A stretch of DNA of 41,934 nucleotides. Source: an uncultured bacterium. Its GTDB lineage: Bacteria > SAR324 > NAC60-12. Each line of letters begins with the position of its first letter. Positions within the stretch are counted from its first letter, which is position 1. The notes under the pieces are model-generated. The model had not been told where the DNA came from, did no database searches, and saw nothing but the letters and a program-made list of their open reading frames with translations. This document shows, piece by piece, positions 1 to 10,236 of this stretch. Both the position numbers and the translations under genes were made by a program. The stretch is from assembly GCA_964010765.1 (NCBI GenBank), contig CAXGMD010000019.1, positions 1 through 41,934 on the forward strand, read 5' to 3'.

Positions 1-798
1 TCACAAATCCAGTCAGTGAGATAATTCGTGGGAAATATCAGATAGCGTGAATATTTCCCACATTTCAGGGTTTTATTCGTTCACCCGCACCATGAGAGGT
101 TTGTATGTCACCTGCAAATTTCCGTCGTTGGAGAAGGATCTTGATCTGGAGTACTTTGACTGGAAGTACAGTGTGGTTCCTGGGTTTGATAAGTGCCTGG
201 AACCCCAAACTACTGGCCTCCTTTTACAGTATTATTGGTCTTTAACCATCCAAGACCATCAGCCCGCTCAGCTGATGCCCTAGGAATCTAATCACTATAC
301 AATCACTGACTTGAAGGGTTTAAAAGGCGGTAAGGGCAACAAAAAGGGAAACATTATTGATAACCAGAGCAGATTTGGGACTACTTTGAGCTAGTCTCAT
401 CCTCACTTCTCGCATCACGGCACACTCCGAAACCTTCCCTTCTGGATGAAGCGAATCTCGGATTCTGGATTAAGACTCAAAACAGATTACGATTATTTTG
501 CGACCATTCATGTGATCCGCTGGTCTTGACTGCCCTCCAACTCAACAAACATGTGCATTAACCCTGATCAGTCTATCGGATTCTTAATCTACAGGTCTAC
601 GTTTTTCAGACTATTAAACACTCTCAGAATTTTTTTTCTTTAATAAAAAACTAACTTTTGATTGTTATTGTCTGTCAAGCCAAAGCGATACGGTGAATTG
701 CTTAGTAACCAAAGCTGTGTGGCTCAGTGTCCGTAATAAATATCCCCACAACTCTGTTTATTATTGGATAACTGTCTCTTCATTTTGATCTGCCTGAC

Positions 799-837
799 GA
801 GATGCACGGTTTACATATAAATCTGACCGTGCATCTC
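799..837. repeat. Perfect 12-bp inverted repeat (hairpin)
   Basis: GAGATGCACGGT (799-810) and ACCGTGCATCTC (826-837), 15-nt spacer. Confidence 0.75.
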
Positions 838-1167
838 ACTACCAACCGCCAACTAATTCGAAATCTGATGCTCTCAAGATTAAGCCCCATTCATAGTCTC
901 TGTAGCGTTAAAAGCTATCAATAATAAAAATTATATTTATAATACGCTAAATCTGGTAATAATCGGGGTTTGTTTTGAGTGCTGATCAGTTGAACTCCCT
1001 GCAGCCCACATAATCACTGAGGTTGCTGCATTTGGCGGATGTTCACTTGATCGATAATATGCATTGTTCGTAACAATGAGTTCTGTTGATTTGCTTGTTC
1101 TTACACATCTTAACCTATTGCATAATACTTCGAAAATTATGATCTCTAATTTTGTGAGGAGGACAAG

Positions 1168-1563
1168 ATGGCAAATGCACTGAAGGGTAAAACAACTGTT
1201 TCAATAACTTGGATTGCACCAACTAAAGAAGGGGTTGATGCGTTAAATGTTTTTTTTGATAGTCACTATGAATTTATGAAAGCTAAGAGCTATCGAGAAG
1301 GCCCTCTGAAACTAATTCAGTATGTCATCTCTGAAAGTCCAGAATACGATGGTGTAGATGAATTTTGGCAAGGAGCATTTCCAAAAAAGACAGGAAGAAC
1401 AATATTCAATTTGTTTGAAATTTATGAAACTGAGGAGGGACTCCATCATCATTGGATAGAGACTGCGCCCATGGCAGATGTTATGGGCGAAATGGAAGAA
1501 ACCTATAACATAGAAGTCATCATTTTCAATCAAATGAAAGTACGCCAAAGCCTATGGGATTAG
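1168..1563 (+). CDS. Hypothetical protein, probable dimeric alpha+beta barrel (ABM-like)
   Basis: Strong RBS GAGGAGG; motif FNLFEIYETEEGLHHHW resembles the ABM/LsrG 'E.Y......H' pattern. Confidence 0.7.
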   Translation: MANALKGKTTVSITWIAPTKEGVDALNVFFDSHYEFMKAKSYREGPLKLIQYVISESPEYDGVDEFWQGAFPKKTGRTIFNLFEIYETEEGLHHHWIETAPMADVMGEMEETYNIEVIIFNQMKVRQSLWD

Positions 1564-1781
1564 AAGTAATTAATTTTGCGATCTTGGCTGAGTAATGCAA
1601 ATTGTTGGCTCTTTTGTTGGCCAGTCTGCCAGTTTTTGATTTTTAGCTTGCTTAAATACTGGTGATTCGATTCGCCGGACAAACTTATAACCCTGTCCTA
1701 TTCTGGCTGCTCATTCATTATCGCCATCCAAATTCTAGCCCATCAAATACCCAGCTGTCTTCGGGGTAGTCGCTATTCCCT

Positions 1782-1810
1782 TTGACATTTTGAAGTTGCC
1801 CATCAATGCT
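1782..1810 (+). promoter_or_regulatory. Putative sigma70 promoter of duplicated module, copy 1
   Basis: TTGACA, 17-nt spacer, weak -10 AATGCT; nearly identical to 11234-11262. Confidence 0.5.
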
Positions 1811-1863
1811 GAAGTGAATATCTGCTTTTAAAGAACATTTTGAAACATCTGCAAGGAGTGAAC

Positions 1864-2067
1864 ATGAACAGCTTTGTGGCTACCAACAGCATTATCCCTG
1901 ACCGCGTCAAAAAAAGAATCTCGAGAAGAAAAGTTTCCCCATTGGCAATGGGAGTCAACCCACTTCTGTTGTTGAAGGAAACAGAGGAACTGGAACAGCC
2001 AAGTGAAGCAAAAAGGTCTTGGCAGAATGTAGCTCAGAAAGCGATGTACGACAAAATTGATGATTGA
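1864..2067 (+). CDS. Small hypothetical protein (67 aa), paralog of 11320-11514
   Basis: RBS AAGGAG before ATG 1864; ungapped similarity to the 11320 ORF (V.PLA.GV, RSW.N..Q.A.YDK..D). Confidence 0.7.
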   Translation: MNSFVATNSIIPDRVKKRISRRKVSPLAMGVNPLLLLKETEELEQPSEAKRSWQNVAQKAMYDKIDD

Positions 2068-2839
2068 AAAATTGAAAGGATTGGAATCCAGCAGATCCTG
2101 CTTTTCATAGTGGTCCGACACAAACCTCCATGTGTTCCTATTGGCCCAAAGACAGTAGCCCTCAAGCGATCCCCCAATTATACGGGGAGGACCAAGCCAG
2201 TGAGATCAGAGCAAACGGTTCCAACATCTTTGCCCCTTCAGCACCATCCTTGGATTCCAAAGCTTTCCAAATCATCCGTAAAACCCTAATAAACTACTGA
2301 TAGTTCTTGCTTTATCAGCCTTACGGACCTCCCATCTTTCCAAATCCTTCTGAAAACACTACCCCCAGCCAAATTAATTATTGGCCAGATTGTTTGCTAT
2401 TTTTTAAAAAAATTACCCTAATTCCTATAATTGAAGTGAAACTGGCGCTCTCCTAAATTAAGTATCGATTTGATGATAGGTACAGTTCAAATCAAGACTT
2501 CTGAAATAAATTCTTGAGAAAATTGAATCAGTATTTTGCGTCATCGTACCTAAGAGTCTTTTACATTTTTTGGGATTTGGGAAACCTGTCAAAAATCCTT
2601 TTAAGCAGAAGTCGAGGTTTTGGACTCAGTTGGATATTGAAAAATCCGGTGGAGGAAATTGCTTGACCGTTCAAGTTCTAAAAATATAATCACGCCCTCT
2701 GGAAACCCCTTGCTTGCAACGAAGGGTAGATTGTTATGAAAGGTCTGATAAGACCCGTGCTTAGCTAAGCTTGCCATGTGAGGTGTATGCCTCACCTGCC
2801 CCGGTAAATTTCAACATTCCTAATTTTTTGGGAGTACTC

Positions 2840-3820
2840 ATGATGAAGAAGTTTTTATCAGCATTAACCATTGCAGTTACTGCACTTGTCGCAACCCCTT
2901 CAAGTTATGCGCAAGAAACATCAATTGCCACCGTGGTAAAGATTGCTGGAATCCAATGGTTTAACCGAATGGAAGAAGGTGTAAAGAAATATGCTGCAGA
3001 TACAGGAACAAACGCCTTTCAAGTTGGTCCTGCCCAAGCTGATCCACAACAGCAAGCTGCTTTGATTGAAGACATGATTGCTCAAGGAGTTAATGCCTTA
3101 GCTGTTGTTCCGATGTCTCCTGAAGCGCTGGAGCCAGTCTTGGCTCGTGCTATGAAACAAGGCATTGTGGTCATTACTCACGAGGCAGCAAGTCAACAAA
3201 ACGTGGCATACGACATTGAAGCGTTTGTTAACGAAGACTTTGGAGCCAACCTGATGGAGCAACTTGCTCAGTGTATGAATGGTGAAGGCGAATATGCCGT
3301 ATTTGTTGGTTCTCTGACCTCTCAAACCCATAATCAATGGGTAGACGGTGCCATTGCCTACCAAAAGCAGAAATATCCAAAAATGAAGATGGTGGGTGAT
3401 AAAAACGAGACCTTTGATGATGCCCAAAATGCTTATGAGCGAGCACAGGAAGTTTTGCGAGCCTTCCCGAATGTCAAGGGTATGCAAGGTTCGGCTTCAA
3501 CTGACGTGGCCGGAATTGGTCTTGCCATCGAAGAGCGGGGAATGGAGAAGGAAACATGTGTCTTTGGAACTTCTTTGCCCTCCATTGCCGGTCAATACTT
3601 GGAGACAGGTGCTGTGGATGGGATTGGCTTCTGGGATCCCTCTGTGGCTGGCTATGCTATGAACAAGTTAGCACAGATGGTCATTGATGGGCAAAAGGTC
3701 ACAGATGGTATGAACCTGGGCCTTGATGGCTACGAGAAGGTCAAACTGGACGGCAAAGTGATCTATGGCCAAGCCTGGGTCAATGTCAACAAGAGCAACA
3801 TGGCGGACTATCCGTTCTGA
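2840..3820 (+). CDS. Sugar/autoinducer-2 (LsrB-like) ABC transporter substrate-binding protein
   Basis: RBS GGAG before ATG 2840, signal peptide ending SSYA-Q, Peripla_BP_4-type motif [16 protein letters not shown]. Confidence 0.88.
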   Translation: MMKKFLSALTIAVTALVATPSSYAQETSIATVVKIAGIQWFNRMEEGVKKYAADTGTNAFQVGPAQADPQQQAALIEDMIAQGVNALAVVPMSPEALEPVLARAMKQGIVVITHEAASQQNVAYDIEAFVNEDFGANLMEQLAQCMNGEGEYAVFVGSLTSQTHNQWVDGAIAYQKQKYPKMKMVGDKNETFDDAQNAYERAQEVLRAFPNVKGMQGSASTDVAGIGLAIEERGMEKETCVFGTSLPSIAGQYLETGAVDGIGFWDPSVAGYAMNKLAQMVIDGQKVTDGMNLGLDGYEKVKLDGKVIYGQAWVNVNKSNMADYPF

Positions 3821-3834
3821 TCGCTTTTGAGAGG

Positions 3835-3861
3835 TGGGTGATTGCGCCATGCAGTCACCCA
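3835..3861 (+). terminator. Intercistronic hairpin after SBP gene (stabiliser/partial terminator)
   Basis: TGGGTGATTGC-GCCAT-GCAGTCACCCA; no U tract. Confidence 0.55.
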
Positions 3862-3894
3862 TAGTTTCAATGATTCTGGACAGCTGGATTCCCA

Positions 3895-5391
3895 ATGGCT
3901 TTGCCTGACCCTGACGCCTTCGTCTCAATGATGGGTGTCACAAAACGCTATGCAGGTGTGACAGCGCTGCAAAATGTTGATTTTAGAGTCAGCGCTGGAG
4001 AAGCGGTCTGCCTGGCTGGGGAAAACGGATCTGGCAAGTCTACACTGTTAAAAATATTAGCCGGAGTTGAGCAACCCACTGAAGGAGTAATCCACATTGA
4101 CGGTCTACAAAAAGATCAATTAAATCCCCGTCTTTCGGCTGCTGCTGGGATTATGGTCATCTTCCAAGACTTTTCTCTCTTTCCAAATCTGACTGTTGCC
4201 GAAAATATTGCCTTCGCCTGCCAACTCACCCAGCACCAAAAATGGTTTCGTAAGCGAAATGCCCGAACTTTAGCAACTGCTGCCCTAGAGCGCATTGGTG
4301 TGGACATTCCAATAGATGATCGTGTTGAGTCACTACCTGTGGCTCATAAGCAGTTGGTCGCCATTGCGAGAGCGCTTGCATCAGAAGCAAGATTGATAAT
4401 AATGGACGAACCGACTACTGCGTTGACAGAACGTGAAGTACGTTCGCTTTTACGCATCATTCGGATGCTCAAGGAAGATGGTGTCGCGGTCGTTTTTGTT
4501 AGCCATAAACTGGCTGAGGTCCTGGAGGTCAGCGAGCGAGTAGTTGTATTACGTAACGGTTGCAAGGTTGCTGAGGGTCCTGCGGAAGAATTTGACACGA
4601 CCTCTCTTACCCGTCATATGACAGGACGAGATGTACCAGAATATCCTCCGAATGCATTGATTGAAACCCCCGAAACTTTGATGCAGGTCAGGAACTTGAA
4701 CAAAGAGGGTTCCTTCCATGATGTCTCCTTTGACATACGCAAAGGAGAAGTCCTTGGAATTACGGGCCTGTTGGGTAGTGGTCGGACATCATTAGCAAAA
4801 GCACTCTTCGGCCTGGTCACTCCAGACAAGGGTCAGATTAATTTAAATGGCCGCCCAATCCCCTTGGGAGATCCGATTGCAGCTGCTTCCAGCCAAATTG
4901 GGTATGTTCCGGAAGATCGCTTGACGGAAGGATTGTTTCTTACCCAGTCAATTATTCGCAATGTCGCGATTGGTAGGCTGGACCATCATGATAATTATGG
5001 CTTCCTAGATTTGCCTTCGCTCTTCAGTGATGCAAGCAAATGGTCAAATCGCTTCAAGGTCAAAACACCCTCGGTAGAAGCCCCCGTTCAATCACTCTCC
5101 GGTGGCAACCAACAACGAGTTGTCCTTGCACGTTGGTTGGCAAGAGCACCTTTGGTGTTGATTCTCAACGGACCGAGTGTCGGGGTAGATGTGGGCTCCA
5201 AGTCTGACATCCATGACATTATTCGCGATCTGGCTTCTTCTGGGCTAGGTGTGGTCGTGATCTCAGATGATCTACCTGAACTGCTGACGACCTGCCATCG
5301 GATTCTTGTGATGCGAATGGGAAAGATTATTGACGAAGTCGGTGCCGGAACGGTAACCGAAGAAGAACTTTCCTACAAACTCGCCTCATGA
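3895..5391 (+). CDS. Sugar ABC transporter ATP-binding protein (CUT2, two NBDs)
   Basis: Walker A GENGSGKS, Walker B IIMDEPT, second NBD LSGGNQQ. Confidence 0.95.
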   Translation: MALPDPDAFVSMMGVTKRYAGVTALQNVDFRVSAGEAVCLAGENGSGKSTLLKILAGVEQPTEGVIHIDGLQKDQLNPRLSAAAGIMVIFQDFSLFPNLTVAENIAFACQLTQHQKWFRKRNARTLATAALERIGVDIPIDDRVESLPVAHKQLVAIARALASEARLIIMDEPTTALTEREVRSLLRIIRMLKEDGVAVVFVSHKLAEVLEVSERVVVLRNGCKVAEGPAEEFDTTSLTRHMTGRDVPEYPPNALIETPETLMQVRNLNKEGSFHDVSFDIRKGEVLGITGLLGSGRTSLAKALFGLVTPDKGQINLNGRPIPLGDPIAAASSQIGYVPEDRLTEGLFLTQSIIRNVAIGRLDHHDNYGFLDLPSLFSDASKWSNRFKVKTPSVEAPVQSLSGGNQQRVVLARWLARAPLVLILNGPSVGVDVGSKSDIHDIIRDLASSGLGVVVISDDLPELLTTCHRILVMRMGKIIDEVGAGTVTEEELSYKLAS

Positions 5392-6389
5392 ATGGCTTTT
5401 TCCCCGCCGGATTCTTTACTCGTAATGAGACTCTAGTTGCCCTGGTAATCTTGGGTTTCTCCTGTATCGCCACAATCTCAGATCCCAACTTCCTTTCCAT
5501 CACCACAGTCAGTGATATCCTCCGAGCATCCATTGTTCTGGGAATCTTGGCAGTAGCCGCGATGTTGGTGCTGATTTCAGGAGGCATTGACGTTAGTTTT
5601 ACGGCAGTGGCGGTCTCGGCGATGTACATGACTACTACTTTCACTCTGTCTTATTGGCCAGAGATGCCATGGCCGTTGATCTTCCTGCTATCGATTTGTA
5701 TTGGGGGATTACTTGGCGCGATCAACGGGATTTTCATTGCTTGGCTGAAATTGCCCACCCTGATTGTCACTCTTGGGACACTCTCAGTTTTTCGTGGATT
5801 TTTGCTGACCTTTGTTGGGTCGCAACGCATTTCTGCACTGCCCCCAGAGATGCGAGGTTTTTCACGATTGATGGTTGCCCGTGGGACTACAGAAGGGGGA
5901 AGTTTTTATGCGCTTCCCTTGGCATTCGTGGCGCTTGTCTTCATCATTCTGCTGACATGGTTTTTGTTGAATCACACGATGCTGGGTCGTTCAATTTATG
6001 CCTTGGGGGGATCCGTTGAAAGTGCCCGTCGGATCGGAATCAACGTGCTGCGAATCCAATTTTTTGTATATGTCTATGTGGGCATGCTTGCTGGTCTAGC
6101 AGGAATCATCCATGGTTCGATGAGCCGAATGGCGGACCCCTTTTCATTAGTAGGTCAGGAGTTATCCGTGATTGCTGCAGTTGTGCTGGGTGGGGCAAGG
6201 CTAGTTGGTGGATATGGGACCTTGACAGGTACCCTCTTAGGTGTGGCCCTGATTGTCTTGGTACAGAACAGCCTGATCGTCGTGGGCATCCCCTCTACGT
6301 GGCAGTCGGTCGCGATTGGTCTCTTGATTTTGATTGGAACTGGTGTCCCAGCTTGGCAAGCCAAGAAAGCTGCTGCTCAGGCAGCTTGA
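5388..6389 (+). CDS. Sugar ABC transporter permease (RbsC family)
   Basis: GGIDVS, GRSIYALGG, IAAVVLGG motifs; ATGA overlap with the ATPase gene. Confidence 0.93.
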   Translation: MNGFFPAGFFTRNETLVALVILGFSCIATISDPNFLSITTVSDILRASIVLGILAVAAMLVLISGGIDVSFTAVAVSAMYMTTTFTLSYWPEMPWPLIFLLSICIGGLLGAINGIFIAWLKLPTLIVTLGTLSVFRGFLLTFVGSQRISALPPEMRGFSRLMVARGTTEGGSFYALPLAFVALVFIILLTWFLLNHTMLGRSIYALGGSVESARRIGINVLRIQFFVYVYVGMLAGLAGIIHGSMSRMADPFSLVGQELSVIAAVVLGGARLVGGYGTLTGTLLGVALIVLVQNSLIVVGIPSTWQSVAIGLLILIGTGVPAWQAKKAAAQAA

Positions 6390-6400
6390 ACAGGAATCCT

Positions 6401-7414
6401 ATGACTGCAACCCCTAAGACTTCGACTTGGCGACAAGCTCCAGAATTTCGCTTGGCCATTATTGCTATTGTTGTCTTTGCGTTGATGGGAATCTTATCGC
6501 CTGAGCGTTTTCTCTCGGAACAAAACCTGACCTCGATGGCTTTTCAATTTCCGGAATTCGCCATTTTGGCCCTTGCGATTACCTTGGTCATGATGACTGG
6601 GGGCATTGATCTCTCAGTTGTAGGGATTGCAAACCTCTCTGCTGTCGTTGCAGCGTTGATTCTGACAGAATTTGCAGGCCCTGATTTGCCGATGCAGGCA
6701 TCAATGTTATGGCTGGGCTTTGCCCTTGGGGCTTCGCTACTGATCGGCGCCATCGTTGGGCTCCTAAACGGCACTTTGGTAGCCTTCCTTGGCTTGCCAC
6801 CAATTCTTGCCACTCTTGGTTCAGGGCTGGTATTTACAGGGTTTGCTATCGCTTTGACTGGTGGAAGTGCGGTGATGGGTTTTCCAGAGGTTGTCGCTTG
6901 GATTGGCAATAGTCAGGTTTTAGGCCTACCAACTCCTCTGCTCATTTTTATTCTGCTGGCCGTGGCGTTGCACTTTTTGATGACGCGAACAGCCTTCGGA
7001 ATAAGAATTTCCATGTTTGGCACCAATCCCCTCGCAGCGTTATATGCTGCAGTGGATGTTAAAGGTATATTGCTCAAAGTCTACATGCTTTCGGGATTGT
7101 TTGCCTCTGTGGCTGGAATGGTGATCATGAGCCGTGCTAACTCTGCAAAAGCGGATTATGGATCAAGCTACTTGTTGCTTTCAGTACTGATTGCCGTCCT
7201 CGGTGGTGTAAATCCATACGGAGGCTACGGTCGTGTAGTTGGTGTGGTCCTGGCAGTCCTTTCTATGCAGTTCCTCTCCAGTGGCCTAAACATGTTACAG
7301 GTCTCTAACTTTGCCCGTGAGTTGATTTGGGGTGCCTTACTACTATTTGTGATGACTACAAATACGACCTTTTGGAATACATTCCGTCTTCCTCTTGTAC
7401 GTCATAAGAAGTGA
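6401..7414 (+). CDS. Sugar ABC transporter permease (RbsC family)
   Basis: GGIDLSV, AVLGG motifs, multiple TM segments; RBS AGGA before ATG 6401. Confidence 0.92.
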   Translation: MTATPKTSTWRQAPEFRLAIIAIVVFALMGILSPERFLSEQNLTSMAFQFPEFAILALAITLVMMTGGIDLSVVGIANLSAVVAALILTEFAGPDLPMQASMLWLGFALGASLLIGAIVGLLNGTLVAFLGLPPILATLGSGLVFTGFAIALTGGSAVMGFPEVVAWIGNSQVLGLPTPLLIFILLAVALHFLMTRTAFGIRISMFGTNPLAALYAAVDVKGILLKVYMLSGLFASVAGMVIMSRANSAKADYGSSYLLLSVLIAVLGGVNPYGGYGRVVGVVLAVLSMQFLSSGLNMLQVSNFARELIWGALLLFVMTTNTTFWNTFRLPLVRHKK

Positions 7415-7834
7415 TCCTTTGACCTTTCAACACCACGAGTTTTACAAATTCAAAGTGCGAGTAGCAATTTCCTGACATTCATATAGTCAGCGTTTCAGTT
7501 TGTTCAACAGAGAAGATCCGCTTATTGAAAGCCAGCAGCACCAACTACAAAACCAGGAAAAGAGTTGGTGTTGTTTAGGGTAACTTAACTAATTACAAAA
7601 CATAATAATTGTTTAAAACAATTTGTTATCTTTACCTCAACAACCAAGATACTCAGATTGGAAAGAGACCCAAATTCAATCACAGCCCATTTAGTTTCAG
7701 GTGGCATGTTGTACACAAGGTCTGAATCGAACCTCACTTGGATTGGGCTGATAGATTGCCTGGAAGCTGGGCCGTTGTGCACAGAACATTCATTTTCATC
7801 AACCAATGACCTAACAATCCAATGCCTTGCTTGA

Positions 7835-8617
7835 CTAGACGATACATTTGATCGCGTTCGCATGGGCCTGACAAACAATGCAGCCAGAAGTGTCTGGGGG
7901 TAGCTGATTTTCCAGTGACGAGCGAATCTCTGAAATTTCTTGTTGGCTTAGATCTTCTAACACAACTGACAAAGCTGGGCTGGAGGTATTGACATTCCAA
8001 AACTCCTCAAAATTTCCAAATTTTCTACTAGCTTTGATCTGAGTAGATTCCACTGACCGCAAATCTGCCTCATTCCATAACTCCTCAAGTCGTTCCATTT
8101 TGGAAACCTCTGCACTTGGCGGCAAAGGGTATTCGATCCCTCGCTTACGAAACTCTTTGTGAAACATCTGAATAGGCAGACCTTCTCCAAAAACGTCCCA
8201 GACGTAGGCGGCAACTATTCCACCTGGTCTGACAACTCTTTTCATCTCTGCCAATCCCAGAACAGGATTGGGAACAAAAAATAGAACCAAAGCCATTACA
8301 GCAATGTCCAAAGAGGCCGCATTACATGGAAGGGCTATCGCATCTCCAGTCCGCAAGATGGCTGATTGCTGCATGCCACGTTTTCGAGCAAATTCAATTT
8401 GGGCTTCAGCAGGGTCAATTCACAACAGTTGTTTTGGCGAGGATAATTCTGCAATCTGTGCGGTAAAAGCCCCAGTGCCACAACCAATATCTATCCAACT
8501 CTGCCCACTTGGAGGATTCAACCATTTGATGAACTGTTCTCCCAATAACTGACTCCATACACCCATCATCCTGTCGTAAGAGTCTCCGTCCTCAAATGTA
8601 ATTTTTTTTTCGCTCAT
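7835..8617 (-). pseudogene. Class I SAM-dependent methyltransferase interrupted by in-frame TGA
   Basis: WIDIGCGTG motif I; reading frame continues QLL*IDPAEAQIEFARKR through the stop at 8420-8422 into EMKRVVRPGG. Confidence 0.85.
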
Positions 8618-8853
8618 GGTTTTCCATTGATGTGTGGTTTTATCAATTATTTGATGTCAATGTCCTGATCTTTTCTATCTATTTTTCAGTATTTTAGAAA
8701 GTAAACATACATGCATGAATTGACTCAGCACGCAAACTTTGCTTGTCTTTTGACTACCATCTAACAGATGCTTGGTAAAATTCTAATCTTGGAGCCATTT
8801 CCAAGTAGGAGAGTCGAATGATAATATAAGATTAACAAATTAAGCGAGGTCTC

Positions 8854-9141
8854 ATGTCTACAGTATTATCAGCAACCGTTGAAATGAAAGATCCGGATAA
8901 GTTTAAGGAGTATTCGCCCAAGGCAATCGCATCAATGGAGCCATACGGTGGCAAGTTGATGCTACGAGCAAAAGTTGAAAAAGTAATTCACGGCCCTATA
9001 CCCCATCAAGTCATTGCATTATTTGAATTCCCAGACTCTGCAGCTATTGATTCTTGGTATAATTCTGATGAGTACAAGGCCCTAATTTCACTTCGCGATG
9101 AAGCTGCAGTCATTCGATTTGCCATAGCAGAATCTTTTTGA
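8854..9141 (+). CDS. DUF1330 family protein
   Basis: YGGK...FEFPDSAAIDSWYNSDEYKALISLR signature; RBS GAGG. Confidence 0.9.
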   Translation: MSTVLSATVEMKDPDKFKEYSPKAIASMEPYGGKLMLRAKVEKVIHGPIPHQVIALFEFPDSAAIDSWYNSDEYKALISLRDEAAVIRFAIAESF

Positions 9142-9156
9142 CTCATATCTAAATAT

Positions 9157-9199
9157 TGACTCCACCAGAATGTCAGTGATGTGAAATGTTGTGGAGTCA
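9157..9199. repeat. Inverted repeat downstream of DUF1330 gene
   Basis: TGACTCCAC ... GTGGAGTCA, 9-bp stem with long loop. Confidence 0.5.
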
Positions 9200-9395
9200 G
9201 CTACCTATTTCCTCCCACCGACTGATCAGTCATTTAATGTTGAAAATTAGTTATTGTAAATTAGTCTATTTTCTACCTTGTGCTTGCTTTTTAGCTACCT
9301 TCCAGTTGATTATCTTCACGTTGTTCTAATTTTTAAACAACAATCTATCGGGCTAAAACTGATTTTTTTTGAATCCTACTGAACAAGGAACCTCC

Positions 9396-9848
9396 ATGAA
9401 AAAGAAATTTCTCGCTATGATTACTGCAGCTATCATTAGCGCCCCTACTCTGTTTGCATTTCACGATGAAGATACAAGTCTGTTGACTGCTGGAATGCCA
9501 GTTGTCTTTATGGCAACTGGCTTCAAATTTACTCCACAGCAGCATTCAGAGGCTAGGGCCGCCTTGCAGACTGTATATGCTTCAAAATGCTATCTATCCC
9601 AACGATTCAATGCAGATTTAGTCGTAGATTCAGCTGGAAATGGCACAATGATTCTACGTTGGCCAACTAAGGAGTCTTACCTAGCTGACCAAAAAACTAT
9701 TGCAGACCCTAGTAAGCCAATGGGCATCTGTGAATCTTTAGGGAACATGCGAATGAAATTGGGCAAAATGCATGCAGCCAATGGGGGCAACCCGAGAAAT
9801 GATTTGAAATCTTCTCTCATGACAGCAATTGCATCTTCCCCTAGGTAA
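9396..9848 (+). CDS. Secreted hypothetical protein (150 aa)
   Basis: RBS AAGGA before ATG 9396; signal peptide MKKKFLAMITAAIISAPTLFA; two Cys. Confidence 0.75.
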   Translation: MKKKFLAMITAAIISAPTLFAFHDEDTSLLTAGMPVVFMATGFKFTPQQHSEARAALQTVYASKCYLSQRFNADLVVDSAGNGTMILRWPTKESYLADQKTIADPSKPMGICESLGNMRMKLGKMHAANGGNPRNDLKSSLMTAIASSPR

Positions 9849-9856
9849 ATCGAATT

Positions 9857-9881
9857 TGGGATCTGGTAAAACTGGATCCCA
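9857..9881 (+). terminator. Hairpin after secreted protein gene
   Basis: TGGGATCTGGT-AAA-ACTGGATCCCA followed by TCTTT. Confidence 0.55.
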
Positions 9882-10236
9882 TCTTTACCTGGGTATATCC
9901 CATCGACTGAGCTTGTCTGAAAAAATAATATTTCGGAAACAGCGTGGAGCCGATTTCAAAACAGCACCTCCGCATCACTGGCATTTAAAGAAGAAGGATG
10001 CGTGGAAATTAAGGTAATAGGAGTTTAGCAAAACGTAATATTTGTTTGTTCTTTAGATTAACAAACACGTAGATTTTGGGTAAATTACTATTCTCTTGAC
10101 TTCTTTCCTTGGCACTTCTGCTCATCCATCTAATAGATTGAAGATTATTTCAATAGAATTACTATTTTGGGTTGTTTCAGCAGAGCTTGCCGAAACTTAC
10201 CTCTGATACTTTCAACACCCTAAAATTGGAGATGAC

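Noticed and set aside
47..283. 78-aa ORF at window start
   Set aside because: No RBS or recognisable motif; possibly a remnant
574..600. tRNA-like fragment TCGGATTCTTAATCTACAGGTC
   Set aside because: It resembles an anticodon arm only; no D arm, TTCGA loop or acceptor stem
1828..2121. Minus-strand 97-aa ORF with GGAGG upstream
   Set aside because: The equivalent frame in copy 2 stops after about 12 codons; conservation follows the plus-strand protein
3098..6912. Numerous antisense or overlapping ORFs within the ABC genes (likewise in TRAP and other genes)
   Set aside because: Shadow ORFs of well-supported coding sequences
7585..7878. Minus-strand 97-aa ORF
   Set aside because: It overlaps the methyltransferase end in another frame and has no motif
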